Positions 49,488 through 59,318 are shown, counted from the stretch's first letter. The stretch is DNA of 64,000 bases from Patescibacteria group bacterium (GCA_019744845.1 JAIETW010000001.1:177999-241998); one strand, 5' to 3'. Numbers and translations: made by a program. The notes: generated by a model not told the origin, from the letters alone.

Positions 49488-50060
49488 ATGTCCTTCTTTG
49501 CTCGCGTGAAAGATTTCACTGGAAACGTGTCAAAAGAAGTTATTCTCCTCGTGCTGCTCGTCGTGTTGATTGTGCTCCCCATTCGCTTTTTTGTTGCGCA
49601 GCCCTTTGTCGTGCGTGGTGAGTCTATGTTCCCTACCTTTGATAACGGGGACTATTTGATTGTGGACGAGATTTCATATCGTCTCAGCGACCCTAAGCGT
49701 GGTGAGGTGGTGGTGTTTAAGTATCCAAACGATCCTTCCGTCTTTTATATTAAGCGTGTGATTGGTCTTCCTGGAGAGACCGTACGTATCAGCCGAGGTG
49801 AAGTGACCGTAGAGAAAGTAGATGGAAGTGAGATTGTGATTCCAGAACCCTACGTGGTCACTGAAGACGCGACCTACACCCTTGAACGCACTCTTGGCAC
49901 CGGTCAGTACTTTGTCATGGGTGACAATCGCCCGAAGAGTTCTGACTCTCGCGTCTGGGGTCCGCTTCCTGAAGAGAACATCATGGGTCGCGCTTTCTTG
50001 CGCCTTCTCCCGTTTGAAGATGCAGAGATCTTCCCGGGTGCAATTCAACAACTGCAATGA
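49488..50060 (+). CDS. lepB: Signal peptidase I
   Basis: GESMFPT, YIKRVIGLPGE, GDNR..S.DSR. Confidence 0.95.
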   Translation: MSFFARVKDFTGNVSKEVILLVLLVVLIVLPIRFFVAQPFVVRGESMFPTFDNGDYLIVDEISYRLSDPKRGEVVVFKYPNDPSVFYIKRVIGLPGETVRISRGEVTVEKVDGSEIVIPEPYVVTEDATYTLERTLGTGQYFVMGDNRPKSSDSRVWGPLPEENIMGRAFLRLLPFEDAEIFPGAIQQLQ

Positions 50061-51196
50061 GTACTACCCTTGAACCGATTGATATCGTAAAGCGCGCGCA
50101 CGCGATTGGTACCTACTATGGCTTCACACCGTTTAAGCATGTCGCCAAGCGCGGACTTAAAGCACCTGCGGGATACCCTGACTCACTTCAGCTTGACGCA
50201 CTAGATCCAGTTGCTCGTGAAGTTGCTGGCTTTCTGAAGCAGGTACGTGACTCAGGTGCCGCACCCGCACCGGGTCGTCCTCTCTTCCTCTGGCACACGA
50301 ATGCGGCGGCAGGACGCACCGCACCAAAGCAGATCATCATTCAGTTCCATGCCATTGGTGCAGATCGTGCGATTGCGGATGTTGTCCTTATTCGTGCCGT
50401 ACGCTCTCTCATTGCTGATCTTTCAAAAGAAGAAGGAGTACTTCGTATCAACTCTATGGGAGACAAGGAGACTCGTGGACGTCTTGCACGTGAACTTACC
50501 TCCTTCTTTCGGAAGAATGGCCCCACACTCCCTGCAGACTGTGTCGCCTGCGCAAAGAATGACGTGTTTAAGGCAGCAGAACTTCTTGAAGGAGAAGAGG
50601 AGCGCGGCAGCCTTCCCTCTCCTACTGATCACTTGTCTGAAGCGAGTCGCAAACACTTTGAATCGGTTCTTGAATATCTTGAATCAACCGAGACTCCCTA
50701 TGAGCTTGCACCGTCTATGCTCTCTCGCGGCAATGCATGGACTGAAACCTGCTTCTCTATTGAGACCCCTGATGGCCGTGTGAAGGCATGGGGCTCTCGC
50801 TACCATGATCTTGCAAAGCCGTTCTTTAAGGGCACGGGGCCTTCCGTTGGTGCCGTCGTGCGTATCAACACCGATGCACGTGCGGTGATCCCTCCTCATA
50901 AGGAGCGTGCGAACCCCCGCTTTGTCTTCGTGCACATTGGCGACGAAGCGAAGCGTGAATGTATGAAAATGGCTGACCATCTTCGTCGTGCCCGCATTCC
51001 TATGATGCAGTCCATTGGCGTAGAATCGCTCACGGAGCAGATGCGCCTTGCGGAAGACACCAACCCCCGCTACCTCATCATCATGGGCCGTAAGGAGGCA
51101 CTGGAGCGCTCCGTGATCCTCCGCGAGCGTTCTACCCACTCCGAAACCTCCATTTCCTTTGATTCTTTGGTGGACCAGCTCCGGGCAGTTGCCTAA
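50057..51196 (+). CDS. Divergent histidyl-tRNA-synthetase-like paralogue with anticodon-binding domain
   Basis: YYGF.P, L.INSMGD, HFE.VLEYL, RY..L and a C-terminal HGTP anticodon-binding domain. Canonical LRPE.T and motif 2 not recognisable. Confidence 0.65.
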   Translation: MSTTLEPIDIVKRAHAIGTYYGFTPFKHVAKRGLKAPAGYPDSLQLDALDPVAREVAGFLKQVRDSGAAPAPGRPLFLWHTNAAAGRTAPKQIIIQFHAIGADRAIADVVLIRAVRSLIADLSKEEGVLRINSMGDKETRGRLARELTSFFRKNGPTLPADCVACAKNDVFKAAELLEGEEERGSLPSPTDHLSEASRKHFESVLEYLESTETPYELAPSMLSRGNAWTETCFSIETPDGRVKAWGSRYHDLAKPFFKGTGPSVGAVVRINTDARAVIPPHKERANPRFVFVHIGDEAKRECMKMADHLRRARIPMMQSIGVESLTEQMRLAEDTNPRYLIIMGRKEALERSVILRERSTHSETSISFDSLVDQLRAVA

Positions 51197-51227
51197 GTAG
51201 AGGCCTACGTGCTAGTATCCTCGGACT

Positions 51228-51488
51228 ATGGTTAACGCAGTACGTGTAGAAGTGAAGCGCGGAAAGAATGAGAGCTCAGCCTCTCTTATTCGCCGTTTCT
51301 CTCGCCGGGCCCAGGGCCTTGGCCTTGTGCGTGCCCTTCGTAAGCGCCGCTACTATGCTCGCCAGAAGTCCAAGAACGTAGATCATGCGCGTGCCCTCGT
51401 GAAGAGCGCCCGCCGCGTGCAGTACAACGAGGATGTGAAGCAGGGCAAGATTGATCCGGCAGCCCAGTCTCGCGGTCGCAGGAAGTAA
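51228..51488 (+). CDS. rpsU: 30S ribosomal protein S21 (CPR-type)
   Basis: E....LIRRF.RR..G......KRRYY. Confidence 0.8.
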   Translation: MVNAVRVEVKRGKNESSASLIRRFSRRAQGLGLVRALRKRRYYARQKSKNVDHARALVKSARRVQYNEDVKQGKIDPAAQSRGRRK

Positions 51489-51496
51489 CTAGTCCG

Positions 51497-51937
51497 ATGA
51501 AGGGCCTCTCTACACGAAATCTCACCCGGCGCTCTGTGCCGGGTGTTCCTTTTACGAAGATCGCCAAAGCGGTGCTTCCTACCTGGGAGCTCTCGCTCGT
51601 CTTTGTGACTCCTGAAGAAGCGAAGCGTCTTAATAAGACACTCAGAAAGAAAACCTACACACCGAATGTTCTTTCATATGAGTCCGCCCCGAAGAGTGGT
51701 GAGGTGATTATTTGTCTTTCGGTTGCGAAAGAACAAGCACCTGAATACGGCCTTCCCTATGCCGCATTTGTCGGATTATTGTTTATCCACGCATTACTGC
51801 ATTTGAAAGGAGAGCGACACGGCACTACAATGGAGAAACGAGAGCGGGCACTCCTTGCCCGGTTCGTATCTATTCCCACATGGCCCGACGAATCTCAACA
51901 GGCATTGACATCGGCACGTACCAAACGAAGGTCGTGA
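51497..51937 (+). CDS. ybeY: rRNA maturation RNase YbeY
   Basis: LN...R.K...PNVLS and HALLHLKG..H. Confidence 0.9.
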   Translation: MKGLSTRNLTRRSVPGVPFTKIAKAVLPTWELSLVFVTPEEAKRLNKTLRKKTYTPNVLSYESAPKSGEVIICLSVAKEQAPEYGLPYAAFVGLLFIHALLHLKGERHGTTMEKRERALLARFVSIPTWPDESQQALTSARTKRRS

Positions 51938-53052
51938 TGGTAGAGGAGGTGCAGGGTACTGACGGCCCTGGACTTCGCGTCATTGGTACTGGGGTCTCTG
52001 ATACCGCCGGCATGCGCCAGGGCTACGTCGTTGATGTAGACGATGTCGCGGAGAGCGTACGCAAAGCAAAGCGTCAGGCTGAGCAGATGGCCCGTGTGAA
52101 CATACGTTCCGGCTTCCTCGCGATTGGTGGCATCTCTCTTGATGAGACCCGTGCAAGCGGCACCGCTATTATTTCTCGCGCCGACGCAGAGGTGACTGAG
52201 CTTGATATAGAGAAGGCACAGGATTCTGCACGTCAGGCTGCCTCCCCTGCATTTTTGAATCGTCGCATCCTTCACGAGATTCCTCTTGGCTACAGCGTAG
52301 ACGGCGTGAAGTCTCTTGGTGAGCCAGTCGGAATGAAAGGTACACGTCTTGAAGCAGAGTTTCTTTTTGTGACTTGTCTTGAAAGTCATGTAGATGCACT
52401 TACGAATGCGGTAGAGAACGCAGACATTGAAGTCGTGGATTGCATGGCCTCTCCTCTTGCCGGCTCCTATGTCACGCTTGCCAAGGATCAGAAGATGAAA
52501 GGCTGCGTGCTTGCGAACATTGGAGCCGAGACTACCTCTATTGTGGTCTATGACGAGGGCGTCCCAGTGTCAGTGAAAGTGTTCCCTGTGGGTTCAAGCA
52601 ATATTACGGATGAACTTGCGCTTGCCTTCCGTGTGTCTCTTGAAGATGCAGAGCGTATTAAGCTCGGACGCCTCTCCGGTGCTATGTATCCAAAGAAGAA
52701 AGTGGATGACATTGCACTCTCAAAGAGCAAGATGATGTTTGATTACATTGATAAGCATTTGAAGGCCATCGGGAAACGCGGTGCACTTCCTGCCGGCGTT
52801 ATTTTGTCAGGCGGAGGCGCGGGACAAAGTTCTATGGTTGATATTGCAAAGGCGCAGCTTGCACTGCCCGCGCGCGTCGCCGACATTCGTGTCGCTGCCG
52901 ATGCAAAGATGAAAGATGCCACCTGGGCCATTGCGTACGGACTCTCCCTCTGGGGCCTCACCGGCGAGACTCGTGTTGGTTCTTCTCAGAAAGCATCTTT
53001 CAAGGAGATGAAGGGCTCACTCTCCCGCTTTTTCCGTCAGTTTCTTCCATAA
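51880..53052 (+). CDS. ftsA: Cell division protein FtsA
   Basis: GIDIGT, NIGAETT, AERIK, LSGGGA, amphipathic C-terminus. Confidence 0.93.
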   Translation: MARRISTGIDIGTYQTKVVMVEEVQGTDGPGLRVIGTGVSDTAGMRQGYVVDVDDVAESVRKAKRQAEQMARVNIRSGFLAIGGISLDETRASGTAIISRADAEVTELDIEKAQDSARQAASPAFLNRRILHEIPLGYSVDGVKSLGEPVGMKGTRLEAEFLFVTCLESHVDALTNAVENADIEVVDCMASPLAGSYVTLAKDQKMKGCVLANIGAETTSIVVYDEGVPVSVKVFPVGSSNITDELALAFRVSLEDAERIKLGRLSGAMYPKKKVDDIALSKSKMMFDYIDKHLKAIGKRGALPAGVILSGGGAGQSSMVDIAKAQLALPARVADIRVAADAKMKDATWAIAYGLSLWGLTGETRVGSSQKASFKEMKGSLSRFFRQFLP

Positions 53053-53160
53053 TATTACGGAACAGTATTGACAAAGGGTCAACCTTTGCAAACCGTTCTA
53101 CCCTGTTATGATGATGCCTAGTTTACGGGGGTAAGCTGTTAGTAGTTACAAATATTCATT

Positions 53161-54387
53161 ATGTCTAAGCGCGTTGTGCCGGAAATTGAGACCTTCGCCC
53201 GCATTCGGGTCGTCGGTGTCGGCGGTTCAGGATTGAACGCCGTGAATCACATGATCAACTCCAAGGTGAAGGGGGTTGAGTTTATTGCCATTAACACGGA
53301 TGCTCAGGACCTTCACCGCTCTCTTGCCAAGCGCAAGATCCACATCGGCAAGAACCTCACTCGTGGTCTTGGTGCGGGAATGAACCCAGACCTGGGTCGC
53401 CGTGCCGCAGAAGAGACTCGTCAGGAAATCCAGGAAGCACTTCAGGGTTCTGATATGGTCTTCATCACCTGTGGTATGGGTGGTGGAACGGGAACGGGTG
53501 CCTCAGCGGTGATCGCGAAGATTGCAAAAGAGATGGGCTCACTCACGGTCGCCGTCGTCACTCGTCCATTCTCTTTTGAAGGTGCACAGCGCAAAGACAT
53601 TGCGGACCGCGGTCTCTCTGAACTCAAGAAGGAAGTAGACGCCTTCATCATCATCCCCAACGACAAACTCCTTGCGATTGTGGAGCCAAACACCACTGCC
53701 AAGAGCGCCTTTGCGCTTTGTGACGAGATCCTTCGTCAGGCAGTAGAAGGTGTCTCTGACATCATCACCACCCCCGGTGAAATCAACACTGACTTCAACG
53801 ACATTAAGGCGATCATGGAAGGCGCCGGCCCTGCCCTTATGGGTATCGGTATTGCCGATGGTGACAAGCGTGCAGAGACGGCAGCAATGCAGGCAGTTAA
53901 CTCTCCCCTTCTTGATGTCTCTATTGCAGGCGCAAAGGGTGTGCTCTTTGTTGTCGCAGGAAACGAAGACCTGGGTATTCTTGAAGTGCAGGAGGCTGCC
54001 AAGGTGGTCTCTGAATCCGTTGATAAGAGCGCGAAAGTTATCTTCGGTATCATGCGCGACGAGAAGCTTAAGAAGGGTCAGATCCGCATCATCGTCATCG
54101 CAACCGGTTTCCCTGAAGGCGCTGGGGAGTCAGGCGGCATGGGCATGGCAGAGCGCTCTCTCTTCTCGTTGACTCCAAAGGAGCAGACCGATACTCGTGG
54201 AAAGATCTACAATGACGTCGTGAAGCGCGAGGAGGAGGTAGTAGAAGAAGCTCCAAAGAAGAAAGAGGAGCCAATTGTGACTGCGACTCCACAGAAGCGC
54301 GAGGAGACACGCCCGGTTACTCCCGTCGTAGAAGAGGACGATGGCTTCGGTGTCATTCCTTCTTTCCTTCGTCGGAATAAGAAATAA
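53161..54387 (+). CDS. ftsZ: Cell division protein FtsZ
   Basis: GMGGGTGTG tubulin signature and C-terminal IPSFLRR. Confidence 0.98.
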   Translation: MSKRVVPEIETFARIRVVGVGGSGLNAVNHMINSKVKGVEFIAINTDAQDLHRSLAKRKIHIGKNLTRGLGAGMNPDLGRRAAEETRQEIQEALQGSDMVFITCGMGGGTGTGASAVIAKIAKEMGSLTVAVVTRPFSFEGAQRKDIADRGLSELKKEVDAFIIIPNDKLLAIVEPNTTAKSAFALCDEILRQAVEGVSDIITTPGEINTDFNDIKAIMEGAGPALMGIGIADGDKRAETAAMQAVNSPLLDVSIAGAKGVLFVVAGNEDLGILEVQEAAKVVSESVDKSAKVIFGIMRDEKLKKGQIRIIVIATGFPEGAGESGGMGMAERSLFSLTPKEQTDTRGKIYNDVVKREEEVVEEAPKKKEEPIVTATPQKREETRPVTPVVEEDDGFGVIPSFLRRNKK

Positions 54388-54403
54388 CGAGTGACTATGA
54401 ACA

Positions 54404-54424
54404 CCCCGCTCACCGCGGGGTTTT
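54404..54424 (+). terminator. ftsZ terminator
   Basis: ccccgc-tcacc-gcgggg-tttt. Confidence 0.7.
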
Positions 54425-54443
54425 CTGTTATAATCCCTCAACT

Positions 54444-55367
54444 ATGAAAGACCTCATCATCATTGGCGGTGGTCCTGCAGGAGTCGCTGCAGGAGTCTAC
54501 GCCGCTCGTAAGCAGCTCACCACGACCGTAATTGCCGCTGAGTTCGGTGGACAGTCCACCGTCTCTGAGGGTATTGAAAACTGGATCGGTACCATCCGTA
54601 TTCCGGGTGCTGAACTCGCCAAGTCCCTTAAGGAACATCTCTTTGCGTATAAGGGAGAATTTGTAGAGATCGTAGAAGGAGCGCATGTCACGAAGCTTGA
54701 GAAGAGCGGTGAGGGCTTCAAGGCAACGACTGATGAGGGAAAGAGTTACGAAGCACGTGCCGTGCTTGTTGCTTCTGGTGCAGGGCGGAGAAAGCTTGAT
54801 ATTCCTGGTGCGGCGCAGTTTGAGAACAAAGGAGTGGTGTACTGTGCCTCGTGTGATGGCCCCCTCTTCTCTGATCAGGATGTGCTTGTGGTTGGTGGAG
54901 GAAACGCAGGGGTTGAGACTGCAGCACAGCTTCTTGCATACGCAAAGTCCGTGACGCTCGTGCATCGTAGCAAGGACTTCGGTGCTGATGCGATTACGGT
55001 CAACAAGGTGCTCGCGCACCCGAACATGACAGGCATCCCAAATACCCAGCCAGTAGAAGTACTTGGAGAGAAGTTTGTGTCAGGGGTGGTGGTTGAACAT
55101 GTAGAGACGAAAGAGCGCACGACCCTTCCAGTCACCGGTGTATTCGTAGAGATCGGTGTGATTCCAAACACGGACTTTGCAAAGGAGTTCCTCCCTATGG
55201 ATAAGTTTGGTCGTATTGTTGCTGACCCTCGTAATCAACAGACGTCGGTGGAAGGAGTATGGGCGGCAGGAGATTGTACCGACGAGCTCTACCATCAGAA
55301 CAACATTGCGGCAGGTGATGCAGTAAAAGCACTGGAAGACATCTACATGTGGCTTAAGACTCGCTAA
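54444..55367 (+). CDS. trxB: Thioredoxin reductase / AhpF-like FAD oxidoreductase
   Basis: GGGPAG, YCASCDG, GGGNAG, AAGD. Confidence 0.88.
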   Translation: MKDLIIIGGGPAGVAAGVYAARKQLTTTVIAAEFGGQSTVSEGIENWIGTIRIPGAELAKSLKEHLFAYKGEFVEIVEGAHVTKLEKSGEGFKATTDEGKSYEARAVLVASGAGRRKLDIPGAAQFENKGVVYCASCDGPLFSDQDVLVVGGGNAGVETAAQLLAYAKSVTLVHRSKDFGADAITVNKVLAHPNMTGIPNTQPVEVLGEKFVSGVVVEHVETKERTTLPVTGVFVEIGVIPNTDFAKEFLPMDKFGRIVADPRNQQTSVEGVWAAGDCTDELYHQNNIAAGDAVKALEDIYMWLKTR

Positions 55368-55405
55368 TTAAAAAACCGCTCGTGATGAGCGGTTTTTTAA
55401 TTAGC
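55363..55405. terminator. Bidirectional terminator
   Basis: Perfect arms gctaattaaaaaaccgctc / gagcggttttttaattagc. Confidence 0.88.
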
Positions 55406-55516
55406 TTACACTACTGGCTCCTCGGCAGCGGGAGTTTCGGTCTCCTCTACCGTCTCCTCCATAGGAGCATCCTGCTTCACGTCGTCCCCTGCTGGGGCCA
55501 TCATGTTGTCATCCAT
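55406..55516 (-). CDS. 36-aa acidic microprotein
   Basis: Not in the ORF track. MDDNMMAPAGDDVKQDAPMEETVEETETPAAEEPVV; its stop abuts the terminator, and a -10 box lies at 55597-55602. Confidence 0.65.
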   Translation of the reverse strand: MDDNMMAPAGDDVKQDAPMEETVEETETPAAEEPVV

Positions 55517-55740
55517 AGTATGTTGTGGGCGGCTTTACTGAGTAACAATAAAGCCACCTGTTTAGTGGCTGGCAATGGGTTTCGACCGGTACCGTAAGTA
55601 TACCAAAAAAGGCAGCGCTCACACACCTTTTTAAGGATATCCACTTCATTTTTTCTTAGGCACTTTCAGAAGGTGTACACTATGAGTGTTGATCCTAACC
55701 TGTATAAACCTATGATCGGTGGAGGACACTAGTTTTCTCT

Positions 55741-55771
55741 GAAGAGGCCTCGCAAGGGGCCTTTTCTCTTT
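55741..55771 (+). terminator. Intrinsic terminator closing a short transcription unit
   Basis: gaagaggcctc-gcaa-ggggccttttc-tcttt with a GNRA loop. Confidence 0.7.
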
Positions 55772-55786
55772 GTATACTCTTCCGAC

Positions 55787-56971
55787 ATGCCCTCCTTCTC
55801 CATGAAGCCTTGTGCCGCCTGTGGTGGTGCCACTGTAAGCCATGCGGCGATCTGGGTCTCTAACTCAGGTGACATGGTTGCGCTCGGATTTGCCGGGCTC
55901 CGTACTACGTGGATTGTGCGGACTCTGTCAGGAATTGGAGAATGGGCATTGTCGCTTCTTGGTCATCTCGCCTTTCATATCGCACGCATCGTGGGTGCCG
56001 TATCACTGAGCGATGACTTTTCAAAAGTACGGAGTGATCGCGCCCGCGTTATGTGGGAAGATGCGCTCCGTCGTGGAATCCCCATGGAACAACTCTTTCT
56101 ATTTGGAGCCCCTGCAGATACGTACCGTATTCGTATACACGGAAAGACCTATTTCGTTGACAGCATTCCTACCCCACCGAAGAAACAAAAAGAAGCACTC
56201 CACATAGACGATAAGATTTCGTTTAAGGCGATATTGAGGAAGGCAGGTATCGCCACTCCACGTAGCATCGGCACTACCTCTCTCAGCACCGCGAAGAAGA
56301 CTCTGAAGGAGTTTGGGACTGTGTGTGTAAAGCCACGATATGGCTCTAACGGATATCACACGTATCCTTTTGTGAAGACCGAGAAAGAGCTTGAAGATGC
56401 GTTCAAAAGCGCAAAGGAGCTCTGCTACATGGTGAGTGTGGAGGAGCATCTGGAAGGAAATGTATGTCGCGCTACCTGTATTGATGGGAAACTTGTAGGA
56501 TTTCTAGAATCACAGTACCCAACTGTCGTCGGCGATGGGGTGCATACCGTTGCAGAACTCATACAGAAGAATAACGAGGCTCGTCGTGACGGCGTGGCGG
56601 AAATTGTGGTGAACTATATGCACGAAGGCTATATCGGTCGTCGTGGCTATACACTTGAGAGCGTGCTCCCTGAAGGAGTATCTCTTCCTCTCACCTATCG
56701 TGCAGGGAGCAGCTCAGGCGGGAGTAACCGAGAATACGGCCGGAATATTCATCCGTCATTCATTCCGATCATTGAGCACGCAGCCGCACTTACCGAACTT
56801 CCTATCGTTGGGTTTGATTTGATCATCAAAGATCCACTCGCCTCCGCAGATTCACAAGCCTGGGGCTTTATTGAAGCCAACTCACTTCCCTGGATTAATC
56901 TCCATCACACACCATTTGAAGGTGAGCCAGTCAATGTCGCCACACACGTCTGGGATCTCTGGAAGGATTAA
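55787..56971 (+). CDS. ATP-grasp ligase (cyanophycin-synthetase/GshAB C-terminal-like)
   Basis: DDK..K..L..AGI.TP, VKP..GS.G, VEEHL.G, VVGDGVHTV.ELI, GFDLI, IEANSLP. Confidence 0.82.
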   Translation: MPSFSMKPCAACGGATVSHAAIWVSNSGDMVALGFAGLRTTWIVRTLSGIGEWALSLLGHLAFHIARIVGAVSLSDDFSKVRSDRARVMWEDALRRGIPMEQLFLFGAPADTYRIRIHGKTYFVDSIPTPPKKQKEALHIDDKISFKAILRKAGIATPRSIGTTSLSTAKKTLKEFGTVCVKPRYGSNGYHTYPFVKTEKELEDAFKSAKELCYMVSVEEHLEGNVCRATCIDGKLVGFLESQYPTVVGDGVHTVAELIQKNNEARRDGVAEIVVNYMHEGYIGRRGYTLESVLPEGVSLPLTYRAGSSSGGSNREYGRNIHPSFIPIIEHAAALTELPIVGFDLIIKDPLASADSQAWGFIEANSLPWINLHHTPFEGEPVNVATHVWDLWKD

Positions 56972-57831
56972 CCGAAGAAGTACGAGAGCACGACTACTCC
57001 CACTGATACCAGTGTAATTCCTACGACTTGGTGTCGCTTCACCTTTTCGCGGTTTATGAAAATACCAAGCAACACTGCAAGCGCGACGTAGCCACCACTG
57101 ATCGTGGTGGCGACTGAAATAGGTACCATCGTTGCCGCAGTCGCAAATGCAATCCATGCTGCGTTATCGGCAATACTGTGTGCACCAATGGTGAATGGAT
57201 GCTTCTTTAGATCCTTGAGAATGGTCTTAGATTTACCGGTAAATATCACGACGCCTCCGGACACAATCGCGAGTGCGCCATGAGAAAACCACACGGCAGT
57301 CAAAGGAGACACCTCCTGACTTGAGACACCGACCAATACTGAGGTAAGTGCGGTACCAATGGCGGCAAGAAATGCGAGCAATACGCCTTTTTCAAGAAGA
57401 CGCAACGACGCATGATGGAAGCTTCGCATTACCACCAGGAGTGTCCCTATGAACACCAGAAGCATGAAAAAGAACTGGAGTGGGGAAAGGCTCTCTCCAA
57501 TGAACACGACACTAATCGCCACTGCCATGGGGAGCTCGAGGCCCACCACTGGCTCCACAACCGCTATTTTGCCCTGTCGGAGAGCTTCAAAGTCAAAGGC
57601 AGCACCGAGCATCACGATCAATGACAGGAGCGAGAGAAGAAGAATGTCTCCCACGGAGAGATGCGGGAGTTCTGGAACTACAAATGGAGAGAGGGCGATA
57701 AAGCCCACAATACCTATAAAGAAGAGTGCCTTTGCACTCCCCACCAAGCGAGTAGTGCGCTGAATAAGGAAGTCACCAATACCCCAAGCGATAAGCGCAA
57801 ACAAGGAAAGAGCGACCCCAAGGGCAATCAT
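56968..57831 (-). CDS. DMT/EamA-family transporter
   Basis: About ten TMs in two EamA repeats. Confidence 0.88.
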   Translation of the reverse strand: MIALGVALSLFALIAWGIGDFLIQRTTRLVGSAKALFFIGIVGFIALSPFVVPELPHLSVGDILLLSLLSLIVMLGAAFDFEALRQGKIAVVEPVVGLELPMAVAISVVFIGESLSPLQFFFMLLVFIGTLLVVMRSFHHASLRLLEKGVLLAFLAAIGTALTSVLVGVSSQEVSPLTAVWFSHGALAIVSGGVVIFTGKSKTILKDLKKHPFTIGAHSIADNAAWIAFATAATMVPISVATTISGGYVALAVLLGIFINREKVKRHQVVGITLVSVGVVVLSYFFG

Positions 57832-59318
57832 GGTTTCGCGTAGCGCTCCAGGAATTGGTTCAAAAGATATGTGGTGTCTGATTCTGAATTATTGGATCCA
57901 AGAACAATAAATGCGAGCGGGCGTATTTCTCCTTCTACAGGCACTTCAAATACCGAAAGATCGGTTTCCTTCGCGGCAATGGTCTGCCCCACCTTTCCAC
58001 CGAAGAAGTACTTATGCGAGGTGAGGTGGTTAAGGTTGCGGAGATCAGTGAAGACACTTGCCCCATATGCGCTCCCCTTCAAGTTTCCTGAAGTGATGTT
58101 GAACACGAAGCTTCTATTGTTATAGACGTACTTCGCAAGCATAAAGAGGTCCTCTGCAGTAGAGACGTTTCCTGCATCGGCACCTGAGGGATCCACAAAC
58201 ACTGAGTCGGTCATGCCGATCGCCTTCGCCTTGTCGTTCATCCGCTGTATGAACAATGAGCGACCATAGTGTCGTGCGATCGTCTCTGCTGCTTCGTTTG
58301 AGGACTCGGTAAGGAGTGGAAAGAGCAGTTGGTAGATGCTAATCTCATCGCCTACCTTGAAGCGAGGAATAGACGTGTAGACGAGCGCCTCCTTTGGAAC
58401 CACCGCAACCGAATCAAGATTGAGATACTCCGTGGCGACAAGCGCAGTCATGAGCTTCGTAATAGAGGCAATGGGCACCACATTCCCTGCTTCCTCAGAA
58501 TAAAAGACTTGATTGTTCTTGAGGTCTGCGGTGAGGTAGCTTCCTGCAGAGAGCGGCGCAGAGAGACTAGAGTATGAGAAATTATCCGATGAGAAGTCTT
58601 CTTCAAACACCAAGACTGGCGTCCCGACATCTGCGAGATTGAACACCTTTTCTGCATCCTCCGTAGAAAGACGAATACAGCCTCCAGAGTATGTGCTTGC
58701 CACTGCTTCCCCTCCTGGATAATACGGCCAGCCATGAATAAAGAAATTTCCTTGGAAGGCCATGCTCCATGGCTGGTACACCTTTCCGAAGCTAGAGAAA
58801 TGCGACTCTGCTTTCGTCGTAATGGAGTAGAGTCCTGCGGGCGTCTCCCACCATGACCCTTCACGCCCCTTGGTCATAATAGGCACAGAAAGAGCGAGCT
58901 CTCCTGCCTTATAGACGTTCAGCGTCATTGCTGAAAGGTCCGCTTCAATGAGATCAGATTTCTTGTCTATAAAATCTTGCTTCACCGTTGCAAAGAACTC
59001 AGGATTTGAGAGTGCAGGCTCTTCACCGTGTGACAGTGGTGCGTGCGTCCAATCCGAAGGGATTGGGAGCTGCGCGCCTTGCTGTTGCATCGCGACCGTC
59101 ACCAAAAAGGTTCCCGCGGTCAAAATCACCACCCCAAGCACCGCCGCAACCATAGACGCGGGAGATAGGGGGGACCGAGCTGTGTAGGGACTCTGTTTCA
59201 ACGCAGCCGTAATGTCGGCCTGTTTCCATCCTGCCGCTTTCAGTTCTTTTTGAACTTCACGCTTACTCGCGCCGCCTATATAGCGGTCCTCAATGTACTG
59301 CGGAAGGTTGTCACTCAT
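57828..59318 (-). CDS. L,D-transpeptidase (YkuD) fused to a peptidase S11 D,D-carboxypeptidase domain
   Basis: ETPAG..IHGWP..SGGCIRL, then IASITKLMT (SxxK), SSN and KVG. Confidence 0.88.
   Translation of the reverse strand: MSDNLPQYIEDRYIGGASKREVQKELKAAGWKQADITAALKQSPYTARSPLSPASMVAAVLGVVILTAGTFLVTVAMQQQGAQLPIPSDWTHAPLSHGEEPALSNPEFFATVKQDFIDKKSDLIEADLSAMTLNVYKAGELALSVPIMTKGREGSWWETPAGLYSITTKAESHFSSFGKVYQPWSMAFQGNFFIHGWPYYPGGEAVASTYSGGCIRLSTEDAEKVFNLADVGTPVLVFEEDFSSDNFSYSSLSAPLSAGSYLTADLKNNQVFYSEEAGNVVPIASITKLMTALVATEYLNLDSVAVVPKEALVYTSIPRFKVGDEISIYQLLFPLLTESSNEAAETIARHYGRSLFIQRMNDKAKAIGMTDSVFVDPSGADAGNVSTAEDLFMLAKYVYNNRSFVFNITSGNLKGSAYGASVFTDLRNLNHLTSHKYFFGGKVGQTIAAKETDLSVFEVPVEGEIRPLAFIVLGSNNSESDTTYLLNQFLERYAKP

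Noticed and set aside
55571-55600. ggcaatgggtttcgacc resembling the start of a fluoride riboswitch
   Set aside because: P1 does not pair properly, the 3' pseudoknot element is missing, and no fluoride exporter follows.
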